Source: Candidatus Omnitrophota bacterium | Lineage (GTDB): Bacteria > Omnitrophota > Gorgyraeia > 1-14-0-20-64-10 | Direction of reading: 5' to 3' | Assembly: GCA_023818695.1 (NCBI GenBank) | Contig: JAMWCF010000001.1 | Span: 467,306-531,305 of the forward strand | Length of the DNA: 64,000 bases | Shown: one piece after another, positions 9,340-20,203 of the stretch | How positions within the stretch are numbered: position 1 is the first letter of the stretch | Layout: every line of letters starts with the position of its first letter | The notes under the pieces: model-generated | What the model saw: only the letters and a program-made list of their open reading frames with translations | Told to the model about the DNA's origin: nothing | Database searches by the model: none | Position numbers and translations under genes: made by a program

Positions 9340-10239
9340 CTACTTTCCCGTCATATGAGGCGTTCTTCCCGCGGCAAACGCCTCATAAGCGTTATACGAA
9401 GAACGGACATAAGGACCGCTGGCCACGAAAGAAAAGCCGGCTTCATAAGCCCATTCCTTATATTCTTCAAACTGCTCTAGTATCACAAATTCACCGACAG
9501 GTCTGTGGGCCGGCGTCGGCTGCAGATATTGGCCGATCGTCAGGAAATCACAGCCGACTGATCGCAAATCGCCGATCGTGCGCCGCACCTCTTCTTTGCG
9601 CTCCCCGAGTCCCACCATCAAGCCGCTTTTCGTCCGACATCCGGGCGAAAGCTCCTTGACGGTCTTCAAAACCTGCAGCGAGCGGATGTACTGCGCCTGG
9701 GGACGGACCGCCCTCGTCAGGCGGGGAACCGTCTCTACATTGTGGTTATAAACATCCGGCGCCTCGGCAACCACCAGACCGATCAGCTCCTTCCGGGCAT
9801 GGAAATCCGGTGTCAACACCTCAATCTTCACGCCAGGGGTCCTGGCCCGGATGGCCCGGATGGAGGCCGCGAATAACCCGGCCCCTTCATCCTGGAGATC
9901 GTCGCGCGCCACCGACGTGATCACCACGTACTGGATCCCCAGACGATCGACCGCCTCCGCCAACCGCAACGGCTCCTCCCAGTCCGGAGGGACCGGCTTG
10001 GCCGTTTCCACGGCGCAGAAGGCGCACCGGCGGGTGCATCGGTCGCCCAGAATCATGAAACTGACGTTGCCGTGGGCCCAGCACTCCCCCAGATTTGGGC
10101 ACTTGGCCTCTTCACAAACGGTATGGAGAGCCAGCCCTTTGACGGTCTCTTTGGCATGGCTCCATTGGCCGTGAAAGGAAAGGGGTCTTCGCAGCCAGGC
10201 CGGGAACTTCCCTTCTGCAGACGGCCGAAGGGGAATCAT
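9340..10239 (-). CDS. lipA: Lipoyl synthase
   Basis: [13 protein letters not shown] auxiliary cluster and CTRRCAFC radical SAM motif. Confidence 0.95.
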   Translation of the reverse strand: MIPLRPSAEGKFPAWLRRPLSFHGQWSHAKETVKGLALHTVCEEAKCPNLGECWAHGNVSFMILGDRCTRRCAFCAVETAKPVPPDWEEPLRLAEAVDRLGIQYVVITSVARDDLQDEGAGLFAASIRAIRARTPGVKIEVLTPDFHARKELIGLVVAEAPDVYNHNVETVPRLTRAVRPQAQYIRSLQVLKTVKELSPGCRTKSGLMVGLGERKEEVRRTIGDLRSVGCDFLTIGQYLQPTPAHRPVGEFVILEQFEEYKEWAYEAGFSFVASGPYVRSSYNAYEAFAAGRTPHMTGK

Positions 10240-11324
10240 CCCTTTTTCAGTCGCCGCGCAATCGCGGCCGCCATCTCCTTTGTGCCAACGCTGGTTGGGT
10301 CATCTTTGTGGGGCTTCAGGTCATACGTCACATCTCTGCCCTCCTTGACCACGTCCGCGACCGCCTGTTCGAGCCGGCTGGCCGCCGACGTTTCTCCCAG
10401 ATGCCGGAGCATCAGGGCCCCCGACAAAATCGTCGCCATGGGATTCACCTTGTTCAAGCCGGCGTATTTGGGGGCGGAACCATGGACTGGTTCGAAAACA
10501 GCCGCCTTGTCGCCGACATTGGCCCCGGGGGCAACCCCCAGTCCCCCGACGAGGCCTGCGGCCAGATCTGAAAGGATATCGCCGTAGAGGTTCGGCAGGA
10601 CGAGGATGTCGTAATTCTCGGGCCGCTGGACCAGCTGCATGCACATGTTATCGACAAGACGATCCTCGAATTCAACCTTTCCGGCATACCGCTCCGCCAC
10701 CCGCTGGGCTGTCTCCAGAAAAAGACCGTCCGAAAACTTCATGATGTTGGCTTTGTGTACGGCGGTAACCCTCTTGCGGCCGTTTTTCAGCGCATATTCA
10801 AACGCGAACCGAACAACCCGCTCGGTAGCCGAGGCCGAAATCGGCTTCAAAGAGATCGCCGCATCGGACTGAATCGATTTCCCGCCGTGACTCTTGACCC
10901 AGTCGATCAGTTCCTTCACCTCCGACGTCCCGTCGTCATATTCGATCCCGGCGTAGAGATCCTCGGAATTCTCGCGCACGATCACCAAATCAACCTTGTC
11001 GTAATGAGAAGGGATCCCCGGATAGAGACGGCAGGGCCTGACGCACGCGTACAAATCCAAGGCCTGGCGCAGCGCCACATTGACGGAGCGAAATCCCTTT
11101 CCGATGGGCGTCGTGATGGGCCCTTTGAGAGCCACTTTGTTGCGGCGGATCGATTCCAAAAGAGCATCCGGCAGAGGCGTGCCAAAATCGGCGATCGCCT
11201 CCTCGCCCGCCTTGTGGGTTTCCCAGTCGATTTTGACGCCGGTCGCGTCCACGCATACCTTGGCGGCCTCGGCCACCTCGGGACCGATCCCGTCCCCCGG
11301 AATAAACGTCACCTTGTAAGCCAT
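10236..11324 (-). CDS. Isocitrate/isopropylmalate dehydrogenase family enzyme (NAD-IDH or homoisocitrate DH-like)
   Basis: [12 protein letters not shown]-terminus and [19 protein letters not shown] motif. Confidence 0.85.
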   Translation of the reverse strand: MAYKVTFIPGDGIGPEVAEAAKVCVDATGVKIDWETHKAGEEAIADFGTPLPDALLESIRRNKVALKGPITTPIGKGFRSVNVALRQALDLYACVRPCRLYPGIPSHYDKVDLVIVRENSEDLYAGIEYDDGTSEVKELIDWVKSHGGKSIQSDAAISLKPISASATERVVRFAFEYALKNGRKRVTAVHKANIMKFSDGLFLETAQRVAERYAGKVEFEDRLVDNMCMQLVQRPENYDILVLPNLYGDILSDLAAGLVGGLGVAPGANVGDKAAVFEPVHGSAPKYAGLNKVNPMATILSGALMLRHLGETSAASRLEQAVADVVKEGRDVTYDLKPHKDDPTSVGTKEMAAAIARRLKKG

Positions 11325-11325
11325 T

Positions 11326-12489
11326 TCAGCGCAAACTCCCTATGAATTGCTCCAGTCGATTCAATCCTTCCGAGAGCTCTTCCATACTCGCCGCGAAACT
11401 GATCCGGATGAAAGTGTCCCAACCAAATCCCGCACCCGGAATGACAGCCACCTGGAACTCCTTCAGGAATCTCTCCACAAAAACATCCGAGGGCAAGCCC
11501 CCCGATGAAATATCAATAAAGCAATAAAAAGCCCCTTCCGGCCTGACGAAAGATATCCCTTTCATCGCCGACAGTCTCTGAACAATAAAGTCCCGTCTTT
11601 TCCGGAACTCCTCAACCATTCCCTTCACCGGCGCCTGGTCCCCGGTGAGTGCCGCCAGCGCGGCCCGCTGGCTGATCGAAGAAGGGCAGGAAGTGGAATG
11701 ATCCTGAAGGCGCGCCGCCGCCTGCACCACGTCTGTCGGACCCGCCAGATAACCGATCCGCCAACCGGTCATGGAATAGGCCTTGGAAACACCATCGACA
11801 ACCGCCGTCCTCTCGTATAAATCCGGAGAAACGGCCGCGATGGAATAGTGCTTGACGCCGTAGACGAGCTGACTGTAAATTTCATCGCTGATGACCCACA
11901 GCCCCCTCGCCGCGGCGACTTTGGCTATTTCCTTGAGCAGTTTTTCATCCAGAACCGCCCCGGTCGGATTGGAGGGGGAGTTCAGGATCAGACATTTGGT
12001 GCGGGAGGTGCATGCTTTCGACAAAACCTCCGGGTCAGGCAGGAAACCGCTGTGGGGGCTTGTGCGGATCTCCACCGGCGTGGCCCCCGCCAGCCGAACC
12101 ATCTCCGGGTAACTCACCCAATAAGGGGAAAGGATCAGAACCTCATCGCCCTCCTGCACGAGAACCTGCAGCAGGTTATAAATCGCTTGCTTGGCTCCAC
12201 ACGTGACGGCGATCTGCTCGGGACGGTAGGTCAGCCCCCTGTCACCGGCCAGTGTCCGGCTGATAGCGGCTTTCAGTTCAGGGGTTCCGGTGGTGGGAGT
12301 GTACTTCGTGAAACCCTCTTGGATGGCGCGGACAGCGGCGGCTTTGACCGGTTCCGGAGTGTCGAAATCCGGTTCCCCTGCCGCCAGAGGAATAACCTTC
12401 TTTCCCTGCGCCTTTAATTCACGGGCAAGCGCTGTGATCCGCAGGGTAGAGGACGGCTGAACCGCTTGAATTCGCTCCGTGAGCGTCAT
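11326..12489 (-). CDS. aspC: Aspartate aminotransferase (class I)
   Basis: [16 protein letters not shown]..., [18 protein letters not shown] and [13 protein letters not shown]. Start moved to the ATG at 12489. The track's Arg-rich 70-aa extension is antisense to the rplQ tail. Confidence 0.85.
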   Translation of the reverse strand: MTLTERIQAVQPSSTLRITALARELKAQGKKVIPLAAGEPDFDTPEPVKAAAVRAIQEGFTKYTPTTGTPELKAAISRTLAGDRGLTYRPEQIAVTCGAKQAIYNLLQVLVQEGDEVLILSPYWVSYPEMVRLAGATPVEIRTSPHSGFLPDPEVLSKACTSRTKCLILNSPSNPTGAVLDEKLLKEIAKVAAARGLWVISDEIYSQLVYGVKHYSIAAVSPDLYERTAVVDGVSKAYSMTGWRIGYLAGPTDVVQAAARLQDHSTSCPSSISQRAALAALTGDQAPVKGMVEEFRKRRDFIVQRLSAMKGISFVRPEGAFYCFIDISSGGLPSDVFVERFLKEFQVAVIPGAGFGWDTFIRISFAASMEELSEGLNRLEQFIGSLR

Positions 12490-12502
12490 CGAATTCCGGC
12501 TT

Positions 12503-13150
12503 TTACTCTTTCTGTCTGTTTTTAAAGAACCTTCGAAGCCCGCCGATGAAACCCTTGGGTTTCTCTTCTGCCGCTTCCTTCTCCGGAGATTCCTTTGCCG
12601 GGGGATTCGACGGCTGCTCCGCCGCGGGAGCTTCCTCCTCGGCCTTCGGAGGACGCGGCGAGGGTTTTTCCTCTTCCTTCTCGGAAGAAACCGCCTCATC
12701 CTCTTCGCCGCGCTTCGGACCTGGCTTCCAAAACCGCCGCGCGGGAGCTATATCCTTCTTCCCTTTGGCCTTCTTCTCCTCCGTGGGCGCGGGGGCGCGC
12801 TCTACCAGCTCAATCACGGCCAACGAAGCGCCGTCCCCTGCCCGGAACCCGCCGTGCACAATCCTGGTGTATCCTCCCGGACGACTGGCGAACCGGGGCG
12901 CCACATCGGAAAAAAGGCGATGGACCGAACGGGAATCGTTCAAAAGGCGAATGGCCTGGCGCCGGTCGGCCAAAGACCCCTTCTTCCCGAGCGTGATCAA
13001 CCGCTCTACCAGGCGCTGTGTCTCCTTGGCTCTGGCAAAAGTCGTCTCAATCCGCTCATGCGCGATGAGGGCCTGCGCCAGACTTTGGACTGTCGCCTTC
13101 CTCCAGCTTCTGGAGCGGGCGAGATTGCGTGTATAAACTGCATGCGGCAT
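12503..13150 (-). CDS. rplQ: 50S ribosomal protein L17 with a ~95-aa Lys/Glu/Pro-rich C-terminal extension
   Basis: The L17 core is RNLARSRSWRKATVQSLAQALIAHERIETT...GGYTRIVH, followed by a low-complexity tail. Confidence 0.9.
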   Translation of the reverse strand: MPHAVYTRNLARSRSWRKATVQSLAQALIAHERIETTFARAKETQRLVERLITLGKKGSLADRRQAIRLLNDSRSVHRLFSDVAPRFASRPGGYTRIVHGGFRAGDGASLAVIELVERAPAPTEEKKAKGKKDIAPARRFWKPGPKRGEEDEAVSSEKEEEKPSPRPPKAEEEAPAAEQPSNPPAKESPEKEAAEEKPKGFIGGLRRFFKNRQKE

Positions 13151-13177
13151 GGAACTATCCTTTCAGCGGGTTGCCTC

Positions 13178-14176
13178 TTAAACAGAGCTGCTGATCTGAT
13201 CGATCGTTTTCTGCTCCAGCTTCATGCCGAGGTTCAAACCCATTTTTTTCAATATTTCCTGGATTTCGGAAAGAGATTTCTTGCCGAAGTTCCTGAACTT
13301 CAACATTTCCGTCTCGGACTTTACGACAAGATCCGCTATGGTCTTGATCTTTGCTTCCCGGAGACAATTGGCGGCCCTGACCGACAGCTCCAACTCCGTC
13401 ACTGGCAGCCGGAGCTTCTCCATAACGTCGGGCGGGAGGGACTCCTCCTCTTCCGCCATCTCCTCCGACGGCAGTTCGCCGAAAGCGGTGAACACATCCA
13501 TGTGCTTCTGGAAAATATGGGCGGCCGTCAGCAACGCCTCCTTGGGGTTTAAAGCCCCGCTTGTCGTGATTTCCAGTATCAGCCGCTCATAATCCGTCAT
13601 CTGCCCGACACGGGTGTTCTCCACGTAAAAGTTGACTTTCCTCACAGGACTGAAGATCGAATCGATCGCGATCACGCCGATCGGCTGGGATTCCTTCCTG
13701 TTGCGCTCGGCGGAAACGTATCCCCTGCCGACGCCGACCTCCATCTCCATCAAAAAGTCGGTGGCCTTCGTCAGGGTGGCGATATGAAGATCAGGATTCA
13801 GGACCTCCACCGTCTCGTCCGTCTGGATGTCGGCGGCGGTGATCTCCCCTTTCTTCTCCGTCTTGATGACCAGCGTTTTGGGGGAGCGCGTGTGGGACCG
13901 GAGGACGAGATGTTTCACGTTCATGATGATCTGCGGAACATCCTCGACCACGCCCGGAATGGACGAAAACTCGTGCAAAGCGCCGTTAAACTTGACGGAG
14001 GTGACGGCCGCTCCTTCCAAAGAAGACAGCAGAACCCTTCTTAAAGAGTTCCCGACGGTCGTTCCGTATCCCCGCTCAAAAGGTTCCGCGATAAATTTCC
14101 CGAAAGTTGACGTGTAGGTGGAATCATCGCACTCCACCTTGGAAGGCATCTGGAAATCTCTCCATGCGATACCCAT
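13178..14176 (-). CDS. rpoA: DNA-directed RNA polymerase subunit alpha
   Basis: Conserved N-terminal and C-terminal domain sequence (ELELSVRAANCL) and position after rpsD. Confidence 0.95.
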   Translation of the reverse strand: MGIAWRDFQMPSKVECDDSTYTSTFGKFIAEPFERGYGTTVGNSLRRVLLSSLEGAAVTSVKFNGALHEFSSIPGVVEDVPQIIMNVKHLVLRSHTRSPKTLVIKTEKKGEITAADIQTDETVEVLNPDLHIATLTKATDFLMEMEVGVGRGYVSAERNRKESQPIGVIAIDSIFSPVRKVNFYVENTRVGQMTDYERLILEITTSGALNPKEALLTAAHIFQKHMDVFTAFGELPSEEMAEEEESLPPDVMEKLRLPVTELELSVRAANCLREAKIKTIADLVVKSETEMLKFRNFGKKSLSEIQEILKKMGLNLGMKLEQKTIDQISSSV

Positions 14177-14232
14177 TCAAAGACCTCCTTCTGTAACCGT
14201 TCTTTGGCTTATGAAGACCGAAGATAACGCCG

Positions 14233-14859
14233 CTATTTCGAGTACAACTCGACGATAAGCTGTTCCTGTATCGGGAACTGCACATCCGCTCTCGCAGGAA
14301 TCCCCGTCACCGTCCCGACCGGATCTTCCGGATGCCTGTCCAGCCATGGCGGAAGAGGCCTGTCCTTCGTCAGCTCCCGGATCTCCCTGACCGATTTCAG
14401 AAAACCTTCCGACCCGACCAGACGGATGGTCTGCCCGGGTTTGACGGGAAACGAGGGGACGGAGGTCCTACGGTCGCCGACGAACACATGACCGTGTCGG
14501 ACCATCTGCCGCGCCTGGGGTCTGGAGGCCGCGAATCCCAATCGGAAGATGACGTTGTCAAGCCGGCGCTCCAGAAGTTCCAAAAGCTTTTCGCCGGTCA
14601 CCCCTTTTGAGCGGGATGCGCGCTCGAAAACGACCCGGAACTGCTTCTCCAGCAGGCCGTACATCCGCTTGACTTTCTGCTTCTCCTGCAGCTGGAGACC
14701 GTAATCGGTCATCTTAATCCTCTTCTGACCATGCTGGCCCGGCGGGAAACCCCTCTTGTTGAACGGGCACTTCTCGGTCATGCACTTGGTCCCCTTCAGA
14801 AAAAGCTTCATCCCTTGGCGCCGGCAAATCCGGCAAGCAGGTCCGTTATAGCGCGCCAT
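14233..14859 (-). CDS. rpsD: 30S ribosomal protein S4
   Basis: [23 protein letters not shown]. Start moved to the ATG at 14859, which overlaps the rpsK TGA by 1 nt. Confidence 0.95.
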   Translation of the reverse strand: MARYNGPACRICRRQGMKLFLKGTKCMTEKCPFNKRGFPPGQHGQKRIKMTDYGLQLQEKQKVKRMYGLLEKQFRVVFERASRSKGVTGEKLLELLERRLDNVIFRLGFAASRPQARQMVRHGHVFVGDRRTSVPSFPVKPGQTIRLVGSEGFLKSVREIRELTKDRPLPPWLDRHPEDPVGTVTGIPARADVQFPIQEQLIVELYSK

Positions 14860-15242
14860 CAGACCCGCCTTCTCTTGGGAGGACGGCACCCGTTGTGCGG
14901 AACAGGCGTAACATCCCGGATTATCGTGATCGTCAAGCCGGCGGCCTGAAGCGCGCGCACGGCCGATTCCCTTCCGGAACCTGGCCCCTTCACATAAACT
15001 TCCACTTCCCTCACTCCCATGCTCATGGCCTTCCGAGCGCAGTCCTCCGCCGCCACCTGCGCGGCAAACGGCGTCGCCTTCTTGGAACCGCTGAATTTCA
15101 CGGTACCGGTCGAAGACCAGCACAGCGTGTTCCCCTGCTTATCCGTGATCGTCACGATGGTATTGTTGAACGTAGCCTGGATATGCGCCACGCCGCTGGA
15201 CACCTGGACCTTTTGCTTCTTCTTTGGTTTTCCTTCCGCCAT
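14859..15242 (-). CDS. rpsK: 30S ribosomal protein S11
   Basis: [18 protein letters not shown] motif and operon position. Confidence 0.95.
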   Translation of the reverse strand: MAEGKPKKKQKVQVSSGVAHIQATFNNTIVTITDKQGNTLCWSSTGTVKFSGSKKATPFAAQVAAEDCARKAMSMGVREVEVYVKGPGSGRESAVRALQAAGLTITIIRDVTPVPHNGCRPPKRRRV

Positions 15243-15262
15243 CTCGCTTCTCTCCTTCCGGC

Positions 15263-15646
15263 TTATTTACTCACAGGACCTTTTTTCTTCATGCCGACTC
15301 CCGGCCGCGGACCTTTCCGGGTCCGCGCATTGGTATGGGAGCGTTGTCCGCGCACAGGCAGACCGCGGCGGTGCCTTAATCCCCGATAGGAACCGATGTC
15401 GATATACCGTTTGATGTTCTGGGAAACCTCCCTCTTGAGATCTCCTTCCACCTTGTATCCCTGGGCAATGACCGACGTGATCCGCGTGATCTGATCTTCC
15501 GACAGGTCCTTGGCCCGGATCTGCGGTTCGATCTGCGCCTTGCTCAAAATCTCCCTGGCCAGCGATGGGCCAACTCCATACAGATAGGTCAGCGCGACAT
15601 CAATCCTTTTGCCCTTCGGCAAATCGACTCCAACAATACGTGGCAT
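15263..15646 (-). CDS. rpsM: 30S ribosomal protein S13
   Basis: [26 protein letters not shown]. Confidence 0.95.
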   Translation of the reverse strand: MPRIVGVDLPKGKRIDVALTYLYGVGPSLAREILSKAQIEPQIRAKDLSEDQITRITSVIAQGYKVEGDLKREVSQNIKRYIDIGSYRGLRHRRGLPVRGQRSHTNARTRKGPRPGVGMKKKGPVSK

Positions 15647-15650
15647 TGCT

Positions 15651-15764
15651 CTATCCCTGCCTTTGCTTGTGTCGCGGATTCGTGCAGATGACCCGGATCA
15701 CCCGCTTGCGCTTAATGATCCGGCAGCGCTCACAAATCCTCTTCACGGATGGTTTCACCTTCAT
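15651..15764 (-). CDS. rpmJ: 50S ribosomal protein L36
   Basis: Hand translation gives [37 protein letters not shown] (37 aa). Too short for the ORF track. Confidence 0.9.
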   Translation of the reverse strand: MKVKPSVKRICERCRIIKRKRVIRVICTNPRHKQRQG

Positions 15765-15774
15765 GGCGTCCTCT

Positions 15775-15996
15775 TTAAGTTCGCATCCGGAACGTGATGC
15801 GGCCTCTCGTCAAATCGTATGGGGACAGCTCCACCGTCACCTTGTCCCCTGGCAATATCCGGATAAAATGCATCCTCATTTTTCCTGCGACGTGAGCCAA
15901 AATCTGATGGCCGTTCTCCAGTTCCACCCGGAACATGGCGTTCGGCAGCGCTTCCACAACCGTTCCCTCTACCTGAATAGCTTCTTCTTTTGGCAT
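15775..15996 (-). CDS. infA: Translation initiation factor IF-1
   Basis: [30 protein letters not shown]. Start moved to 15996, overlapping the map 3' end by 28 nt. Confidence 0.95.
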   Translation of the reverse strand: MPKEEAIQVEGTVVEALPNAMFRVELENGHQILAHVAGKMRMHFIRILPGDKVTVELSPYDLTRGRITFRMRT

Positions 15997-16736
15997 TCGG
16001 TTAAAATCTCCGGTGCCCCGCTTGTCACGGCGACGGTATGCTCGAAATGGGCGGCCAGCTTTCCGTCCTTCGTCACTGCCGTCCACCCATCCGGAAGGAT
16101 TTCAATCTCGGGTCCTCCCTGGTTCACCATCGGCTCAATCGCCAAAACCATTCCTTCCTTCAGACGGGGACCGGATCCCGGCTTCCCGTAATTCGGGATC
16201 TGCGGCAATTCATGCAGCTGCGTCCCGATGCCGTGACCCACAAATTCCCTGACGACGGAATACCCCTTCGACTCCACCGCCTGCTGGACCGCGTGGGAGA
16301 TATCCGAAAGCCGGTTCCCCGTCGTCGCCATGGCGATGCCAGCCGCCAGGGACTCTTCCGTCACCTGCAGCAGCCGGGCCGCCTCCGCGGTGATCTGTCC
16401 CACGGGAACCGTAATAGCCGCATCCCCGTAATACCCGTCCACAACCACCCCGACATCGAGCCCCACGATGTCCCCTTCTTTCAGGCGGCGCTGCGAGGGG
16501 ATCCCGTGGACAACCTCCTCGTTGATCGAGGTGCAGATATGCGCCGGGAACCCCCTGTACCCTTTAAAAGCGGGTTTGCTTTTCCGCTGGATCATCAGGC
16601 GCAGCGCCAGTTCATCCAGCTCCAAAGTGCTGATGCCCGGCCTGACCGCTTCCCGAAGGGCCTCCAAAATCTCCCCTACCACCCGGCCGGCCCGTCTCAT
16701 GATCTGCAACTGACTTGGACTCTTCAGTTCGATCAT
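15969..16736 (-). CDS. map: Methionine aminopeptidase type I
   Basis: Conserved metal-ligand context ([27 protein letters not shown]). Confidence 0.95.
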   Translation of the reverse strand: MIELKSPSQLQIMRRAGRVVGEILEALREAVRPGISTLELDELALRLMIQRKSKPAFKGYRGFPAHICTSINEEVVHGIPSQRRLKEGDIVGLDVGVVVDGYYGDAAITVPVGQITAEAARLLQVTEESLAAGIAMATTGNRLSDISHAVQQAVESKGYSVVREFVGHGIGTQLHELPQIPNYGKPGSGPRLKEGMVLAIEPMVNQGGPEIEILPDGWTAVTKDGKLAAHFEHTVAVTSGAPEILTECQKKKLFR

Positions 16737-17404
16737 GACACCGCGTCCGCCAACCCTTCTTCTTTCAGGAGGCCCATCAGCGCGCCGTATTCCTCCTCCA
16801 CCTCCTGATCCCCTGGAATGGTCCGCAATTTTCCCTGGGAACGGTAAAAATCAAGCAACGGTCCCGTCTCCGCCTCGTAAACCTCAAGCCGTTTTCTGAT
16901 CGTTTCCGGCCGGTCATCGGGCCGGGTGATCAACGAGGAACCGCAGCGATCGCACACCCCGGGCCGGCGCGGCGGGATCCTCGTGACGTGGTAATTGATT
17001 CTGCATGTTTCGCACACGCGCCTGCCTGCCAACCGCTCCACCACCACCGCCGGAGCAATCTGAAAATCAACAGCCAGATCGACCGGCTTGTGTCCCTTCT
17101 GCCGGAAGAGGGAGTCGATGGCCTCGGCCTGCTCCTTTGTCCTGGGAAAACCATCCAGCACGAAGGAACAATTGTTCCCCAACCGCTCAATCCGGTTGAG
17201 AATCAGGCCGCAGATCAGGTCATCCGGTACCAGCACTCCCGCCTTCATGTATCGGCTGGCCTCTGTCCCCAAGGAATCCCCTTTGCGCAGGGCCTCCCGG
17301 AGAAGATCCCCGCTGGAGAGATGCGAAATCCCAAGCCGCTCCTCGAGCAGCGAGGCGACCGTCCCTTTGCCGGCTCCCGGAGCTCCTAAGAAGACAAGGC
17401 GCAT
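16733..17404 (-). CDS. adk: Adenylate kinase (zinc-lid type)
   Basis: MRLVFLGAPGAGKGT P-loop; lid CETC...CDRC. Start moved to 17404. Confidence 0.9.
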   Translation of the reverse strand: MRLVFLGAPGAGKGTVASLLEERLGISHLSSGDLLREALRKGDSLGTEASRYMKAGVLVPDDLICGLILNRIERLGNNCSFVLDGFPRTKEQAEAIDSLFRQKGHKPVDLAVDFQIAPAVVVERLAGRRVCETCRINYHVTRIPPRRPGVCDRCGSSLITRPDDRPETIRKRLEVYEAETGPLLDFYRSQGKLRTIPGDQEVEEEYGALMGLLKEEGLADAVS

Positions 17405-17414
17405 CAGCCCGACC

Positions 17415-18764
17415 TTAACGTCGAGCCCTAAGCTTCCCATGACTCAAAAATCCCTCATAGTTGCGCATCAGCAGGAACGATTCCACCTGCCTCATCGTAT
17501 CCAGCAGAACACCAACGATGATCAGAAGGCTCGTTCCGCCGAAAAAACTCGCAACGATATAGGGGATTCCAAGCCATCGGCCGATCAGATCCGGAAAAAC
17601 CGCGATGCCGGCCAAGAAGATAGCCCCCGGAAGCGTAATCCTCGTCAGCAATCTGTCAAAGAACTCTGCCGTCGGCTGTCCCGGTCGAATCCCCGGAACG
17701 AAACCGCCGTACTTCTTCATGTCGTCCGCCACGTTGACCGGATTAAAAGCGATCGCCGTGTAAAAGTACGAAAAAAAGATGATCAACCCCATATAGAACA
17801 GGGTGTAGAGCGCGTGCCCCTGCGTCAACCACCTTGCGAAATCATTCAGAAGCTGGATCCCGGTGAACCCTGCCAGCGTTGCCGGAAACAGCAAAATCGA
17901 CTGCGCGAAGATGATTGGAATCACACCGGCGTGATTCACCCGGATGGGGATATAGCTGGTCTGCCCGCTGTACACACGCCGTCCCACCATCCGCCGTCCG
18001 TACTGGACCGGGACCCGCCGCTGTCCCTGGGTGATAGCGATGATAAGAACAATCACCGCCGCCATGATCAATACCATCACGACCAGCGTGAACGGCTGAA
18101 TCTGACGCTGGGTCGGGGAGGTCGGCGACAGCAGGATGACGAGCTGCCGGATCGCCGACGGAAGGGCCGACAGGATGCCCGAGGTAATCAAAATGGACAT
18201 CCCGTTGCCGATGCCGTAAGCGCTCACCTGCTCGCCCAGCCACATGATGAACGCCGTTCCACTGGCCAGAGTCACGATGGTCAGGGCCCGGAATCCCCAT
18301 CCGGGATCCTGGACCATCAGAATCCCTTCAAAATTCCCCGGGTTTTCCAGCCAGAGACTGATGAACAGGGCCTGCATAATGCCCAGACCAACCGTCAGGT
18401 ACCTCGAATACTGATTGATCTTCCGCCTGCCGGCTTCCCCCCCCTCCTTTGCCAGCTGCTCCAGGTGTGGAAAAACAACCACCAGCAACTGCATGATGAT
18501 GGAAGCCGATATGGCCGGCATGATCCCCAGCGCAAAAATCGTCATGTTGGAAAGCCCACCGCCGCTGAAAAGGTCCATCACGGTGAACAGGGTGCCTCCC
18601 AATTGCTGGCTCATGTTGTCAAAGAACTCCCGCAGCGCCTGTCCATTGATACCGGGCAGCGGGATGTAATTGCCGAGGCGGTAAACGGCAATCAAACCCA
18701 GCGTCAGAAAAATCCGGTTTCGAAGCTCCTGGATCTTAAAGCTGTTGACCAGTGCCTGGAGCAT
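17415..18764 (-). CDS. secY: Preprotein translocase subunit SecY
   Basis: Ten-TM profile, conserved SecY sequence and operon position. Confidence 0.95.
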   Translation of the reverse strand: MLQALVNSFKIQELRNRIFLTLGLIAVYRLGNYIPLPGINGQALREFFDNMSQQLGGTLFTVMDLFSGGGLSNMTIFALGIMPAISASIIMQLLVVVFPHLEQLAKEGGEAGRRKINQYSRYLTVGLGIMQALFISLWLENPGNFEGILMVQDPGWGFRALTIVTLASGTAFIMWLGEQVSAYGIGNGMSILITSGILSALPSAIRQLVILLSPTSPTQRQIQPFTLVVMVLIMAAVIVLIIAITQGQRRVPVQYGRRMVGRRVYSGQTSYIPIRVNHAGVIPIIFAQSILLFPATLAGFTGIQLLNDFARWLTQGHALYTLFYMGLIIFFSYFYTAIAFNPVNVADDMKKYGGFVPGIRPGQPTAEFFDRLLTRITLPGAIFLAGIAVFPDLIGRWLGIPYIVASFFGGTSLLIIVGVLLDTMRQVESFLLMRNYEGFLSHGKLRARR

Positions 18765-19234
18765 TATAAAATCAGCTCGGTCCTGCCGCCCGCCGCGGCG
18801 ATTTTTTCCAACGCCGACTTAGAAAAACCGTGCGCCTTGACAGTCAGCGCATGCGTCACACTGCCGTCCCCGAGGATTTTGATTCTTGACGCGAGCGATT
18901 GAATCAACCCCGCCTCTTTTAAAGCCACCGGATCGATCACAACATCCGGTTTAAAGGATTTCAACGATTCCAGGTTCACAATCTCCCTTTTAAACCGAGG
19001 CGTATGGCGAAACCCCCTCTTGGGTATTCGCCGGATCAAAGGCATCGTTCCGCCGGCAAAATCAGGCGGAATACCCGGACCCGAACGGGCCCGCTGGCCC
19101 TTATGACCTTTTCCGGATGTCTTGCCGTGCCCGGAAGATTCCCCGAAACCAAGCCGTTTTGTTCTGCGGACAGCCCCGCGCGGGGGCTTCAATCCCCCCA
19201 AGGCGACCCTCTTCGAATTGGCGGGCTGCGTCAT
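18764..19234 (-). CDS. rplO: 50S ribosomal protein L15
   Basis: [22 protein letters not shown]-type motif. Confidence 0.95.
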   Translation of the reverse strand: MTQPANSKRVALGGLKPPRGAVRRTKRLGFGESSGHGKTSGKGHKGQRARSGPGIPPDFAGGTMPLIRRIPKRGFRHTPRFKREIVNLESLKSFKPDVVIDPVALKEAGLIQSLASRIKILGDGSVTHALTVKAHGFSKSALEKIAAAGGRTELIL

Positions 19235-19818
19235 GGTGCACCGATCCCTTCATGATTGTCGTCCGATTTCCTTCTGGCTATCGCATCTTTCGGAAACTCT
19301 AAACCGCGAAATCCCTCCACCGTGGCCCGCACGAGGTTGATCTGGTTGTTGGACCCGATCGACTTGGTCAAGATATCCTTGATGCCGGCCGCCTCGCAAA
19401 CCGCCCGGACGGTCCCGCCGGCGATAATGCCGGTCCCGGGACCGGCCGGCTTCAGCAAAACCTGCGATGAAGCGTATTCCCCCACCGTTTCGTGCGGAAT
19501 GGTGTGTCCCTTCATGGGAACCTTGAACATCGCTTTCTTGGCCATCCCAAGTCCCTTGCGGATGGCATCCGCCACCTCATTGGCCTTTCCCAAAGCCCAG
19601 CCGACATTCCCTTCACCATCGCCGACAATGACCAAGGCGCTGAAGGACAGCCGCTTGCCACCCTTGGTCACCTTCGCGACGCGGTTGATGGCGACCACTT
19701 TCTCAACCATGTTGCCCTGCTGATCCTGCTGCTGTCCACCTGATCTGCGATGCTGAAGACCGCCACCCTGCCCTCCCGCCGGTCCCTTTCGCTGCGTCTC
19801 TCTCGCTTCTGCCGTCAT
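19231..19818 (-). CDS. rpsE: 30S ribosomal protein S5 (with ~35-aa Gly/Gln-rich N-terminal extension)
   Basis: [33 protein letters not shown]. Overlaps the rplO start, so no rpmD lies between them. Confidence 0.95.
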   Translation of the reverse strand: MTAEARETQRKGPAGGQGGGLQHRRSGGQQQDQQGNMVEKVVAINRVAKVTKGGKRLSFSALVIVGDGEGNVGWALGKANEVADAIRKGLGMAKKAMFKVPMKGHTIPHETVGEYASSQVLLKPAGPGTGIIAGGTVRAVCEAAGIKDILTKSIGSNNQINLVRATVEGFRGLEFPKDAIARRKSDDNHEGIGAP

Positions 19819-19822
19819 GTTG

Positions 19823-20191
19823 TCAAAACTCCAATCCTTGAGCCCGGGCTGAATCGGCCAACGCCTTCACCCGGCCGTGATAAAGGTATCCGCCCCGGTC
19901 AAAAACGACCTTCTTAATCCCGGCCATTTTAGCCGCATTGGCAACCTCTTCCCCCAGTTTTTTGGCGGCCTCCACGTTGCCTCCCTTTTTATACTTTTTC
20001 TTGAAATCGGGGTGGGCGGTGGAGCGCATCAAAAGCGATTTGCCGCTCAAATCATCGATAATCTGCGCGTAAAGGTGAAGATCGGAGCGTCTGACCACCA
20101 ACCGCGGACGTTCGGAGGTGCCAGTGACCTTCTTGCGCACGCGGGCATGCCTGCGCGCTCTTCTCAATTCCCTGTTGGAGTATGCCGACAT
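19823..20191 (-). CDS. rplR: 50S ribosomal protein L18
   Basis: [20 protein letters not shown]...[17 protein letters not shown]. Confidence 0.95.
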   Translation of the reverse strand: MSAYSNRELRRARRHARVRKKVTGTSERPRLVVRRSDLHLYAQIIDDLSGKSLLMRSTAHPDFKKKYKKGGNVEAAKKLGEEVANAAKMAGIKKVVFDRGGYLYHGRVKALADSARAQGLEF

Positions 20192-20203
20192 CGAAAGTGC
20201 TCC

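Noticed and set aside
12490-12699. 70-aa poly-Arg N-terminal extension of the aminotransferase ORF
   Set aside because: It is antisense to the Lys/Glu-rich tail of rplQ. The canonical aminotransferase N-terminus (MTLTERIQ...) begins at the ATG at 12489, 13 nt after the rplQ stop.
14860-15123. Upstream extensions of track ORFs for rpsD, and likewise rplB, rplN, rplF, rplE, rplL, rpsG, infA, adk, nusG, secE and nnrD
   Set aside because: The extensions overlap the preceding conserved gene in another frame. Each protein's canonical N-terminus starts at an internal ATG/GTG that abuts or slightly overlaps the upstream stop.
17088-18902. 604-aa plus-strand ORF antisense to secY/adk, and many similar long antisense ORFs (for example 3090-4025, 7580-8533, 12479-13552, 28149-28871, 33788-34879, 47772-48719, 56454-57932)
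   Set aside because: They lie opposite unmistakable conserved genes and have Arg/Pro/Gly/His-rich low-complexity translations. They arise from stop-codon paucity in high-GC antisense frames.
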